Part shown: positions 62,461-64,000 of the stretch, piece after piece | Position numbering within the stretch: position 1 is the first letter of the stretch | How the letters are laid out: each line of letters begins with the position of its first letter | Assembly (NCBI RefSeq): GCF_963921235.1 | Contig: NC_086107.1 | Coordinates: 114,330,001-114,394,000, forward strand | Length of the DNA: 64,000 nucleotides | Origin: Mobula hypostoma | Lineage: Eukaryota | Direction of reading: 5' to 3' | The notes under the pieces: generated by a model | Told to the model about the DNA's origin: nothing | The model's input: only the letters and a program-made list of their open reading frames with translations | Databases searched by the model: none | Translations under genes and position numbers: made by a program

Positions 62461-63980
62461 ATACTGACACACTCCCCAGGACCCCCTGTAAATACAGACA
62501 CACTCCCCGGGACCCCCAGTAAATACTGACACACTCCCCAAGACCCCCTGTAAATACTGACACACTCCCCAGGACCCCCTGTAAATACCGATACACTCCC
62601 CGGGACCCCCTGTAAATACTGACACACTCCCCGGGACCCCCTGTAAATACTGACACACTCCCCGGGACCCCTGCGAATACCGACACACTCCACAAACCCC
62701 TGTAAATACTGACACACCCCCCAGGACCCCCTGTTAATACTGACACACTCCCCGGGACCCCCTGTAAATACTGACACACTCCCCGGGATCCCCTGTAAAT
62801 TCTGACACACTCCCCGGGACCCCCTGTAAATACTGACACACTCCCCGGGACCCCCTGTAAATACTGACACACCCCCCTGGACCCCCTGTAAATACTGACA
62901 CACTCCCCGGGACCCCTGTAAATACCGACACACTCCCTGGGACCCCCTGTAAATACTGACACACTCCCTGGGACCCCTGTAAATACCGACACACTCCCCT
63001 GGACCCCCTGTAAATACTGACACACTCCCCGGGACCCCCTATAAATACTGACACACTCCCCGGGACCCCCTGTAAATACTGACACACTCCCCGGGATCCC
63101 CTGTAAATTCTGACACACTCCCCGGGACCCCCTGTAAATACTGACACACTCCCCGGGACCCCTGTAAATACAGACACAGTCCCCGGGACCCCTGTAAATA
63201 CAGACACACTCCCCGGGACCCCCTGTAAATACTGACACACCCCCCAGGATCCCCTGTAAATACTGACACACTCCCCGGGACCCCTGCGAATACCGACACA
63301 CTCCACAAACCCCTGTAAATACTGACACACCCCCCAGGACCCCCTGTAAATACTGACACACTCCCCGGGACCCCCTGTAAATACTGACACACTCCCCGGG
63401 ATCCCCTGTAAATTCTGACACACTCCCCGGGACCCCCTGTAAATACTGACACACTCCCCGGGACCCCCTGTAAATACTGACACACCCCCCTGGACCCCCT
63501 GTAAATACTGACACACTCCCCGAGACCCCTGTAAATATTGACACACTCCCCGGGACCCCCTGTAAATACTGACACACCCCCCTGGACCCCCTGTAAATAC
63601 TGACACACTCATCGGGACCCCCTATAAATACTGACACACTCCCCGGGACCCCCTGTAAATACTGACACACTCCCCGGGATCCCCTGTAAATTCTGACACA
63701 CTCCCCGGGATCCCCTGTAAATTCTGACACACTCCCCGGGACCCCCTGTAAATACTGACACACTCCCCAGGACCCCTGTAAATACTGACACACTCCCCAG
63801 GACCCCCTGTGAATACTGACACACTCCCCAGGACCCCTGTAAATACTGACACACCCCCCTGGACCCCCTATAAATACTGACACACTCCCCGGGACCCCCT
63901 GTAAATACTGACACACTCCCCGGGGCCCCCTGTAAATAACGACACACTCCCCGGGATCCCTGTAAATACTGGTACACTCC
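62461..63980. repeat. 30-31-bp minisatellite (about 49 copies); first few units at 59503-59628 left of the CR1
   Basis: Unit AAATACTGACACACTCCCCGGGACCCCCTGT. Confidence 0.97.
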
Positions 63981-64000
63981 TTCGCTCTCTCTGTAAATAA

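Noticed and set aside
62402..63977. Gly/Val/Cys-rich ORFs up to 504 aa
   Set aside because: Translations of the 30-31-bp minisatellite

Overview
Eukaryotic (vertebrate) genomic DNA, very rich in repeats. The repeat families (CR1 LINEs with CATAGAAA tails, V-SINE/HE1-like SINEs, Penelope-like elements, Rex1/Babar fragments) suggest a cartilaginous fish, probably a ray; this is an inference. Two + strand host genes are visible. (1) The last two coding exons of an HSD3B7-type 3-beta-hydroxysteroid dehydrogenase (798-960, 1928-2346). (2) The first four coding exons of a secreted trypsin-like (S1A, prostasin/tryptase-type) serine protease (17747-17786, a 27-nt microexon 52274-52300, 57177-57339, 59076-59344), which splice in frame to [36 protein letters not shown]...TAAHC...DIALL...VTGWG. 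The catalytic Ser exon is not in the window. The rest is retroelements, including four young near-identical CR1 copies (one with an intact 1008-codon ORF2), two probable solo LTRs, a Tc1/mariner MITE and several minisatellites. Most notable: the HSD3B7 3' splice site is amplified into about 26 tandem copies; the intact CR1 ORF2 lacks a usable ATG and overlaps the ORF1 end at a T-TTA-AAT slippery heptamer; hammerhead-ribozyme-like cores lie in Penelope termini; inverted CR1 copies and mutually related inverted minisatellites bracket the protease exons. No prokaryotic-type system (CRISPR, operon) is present.
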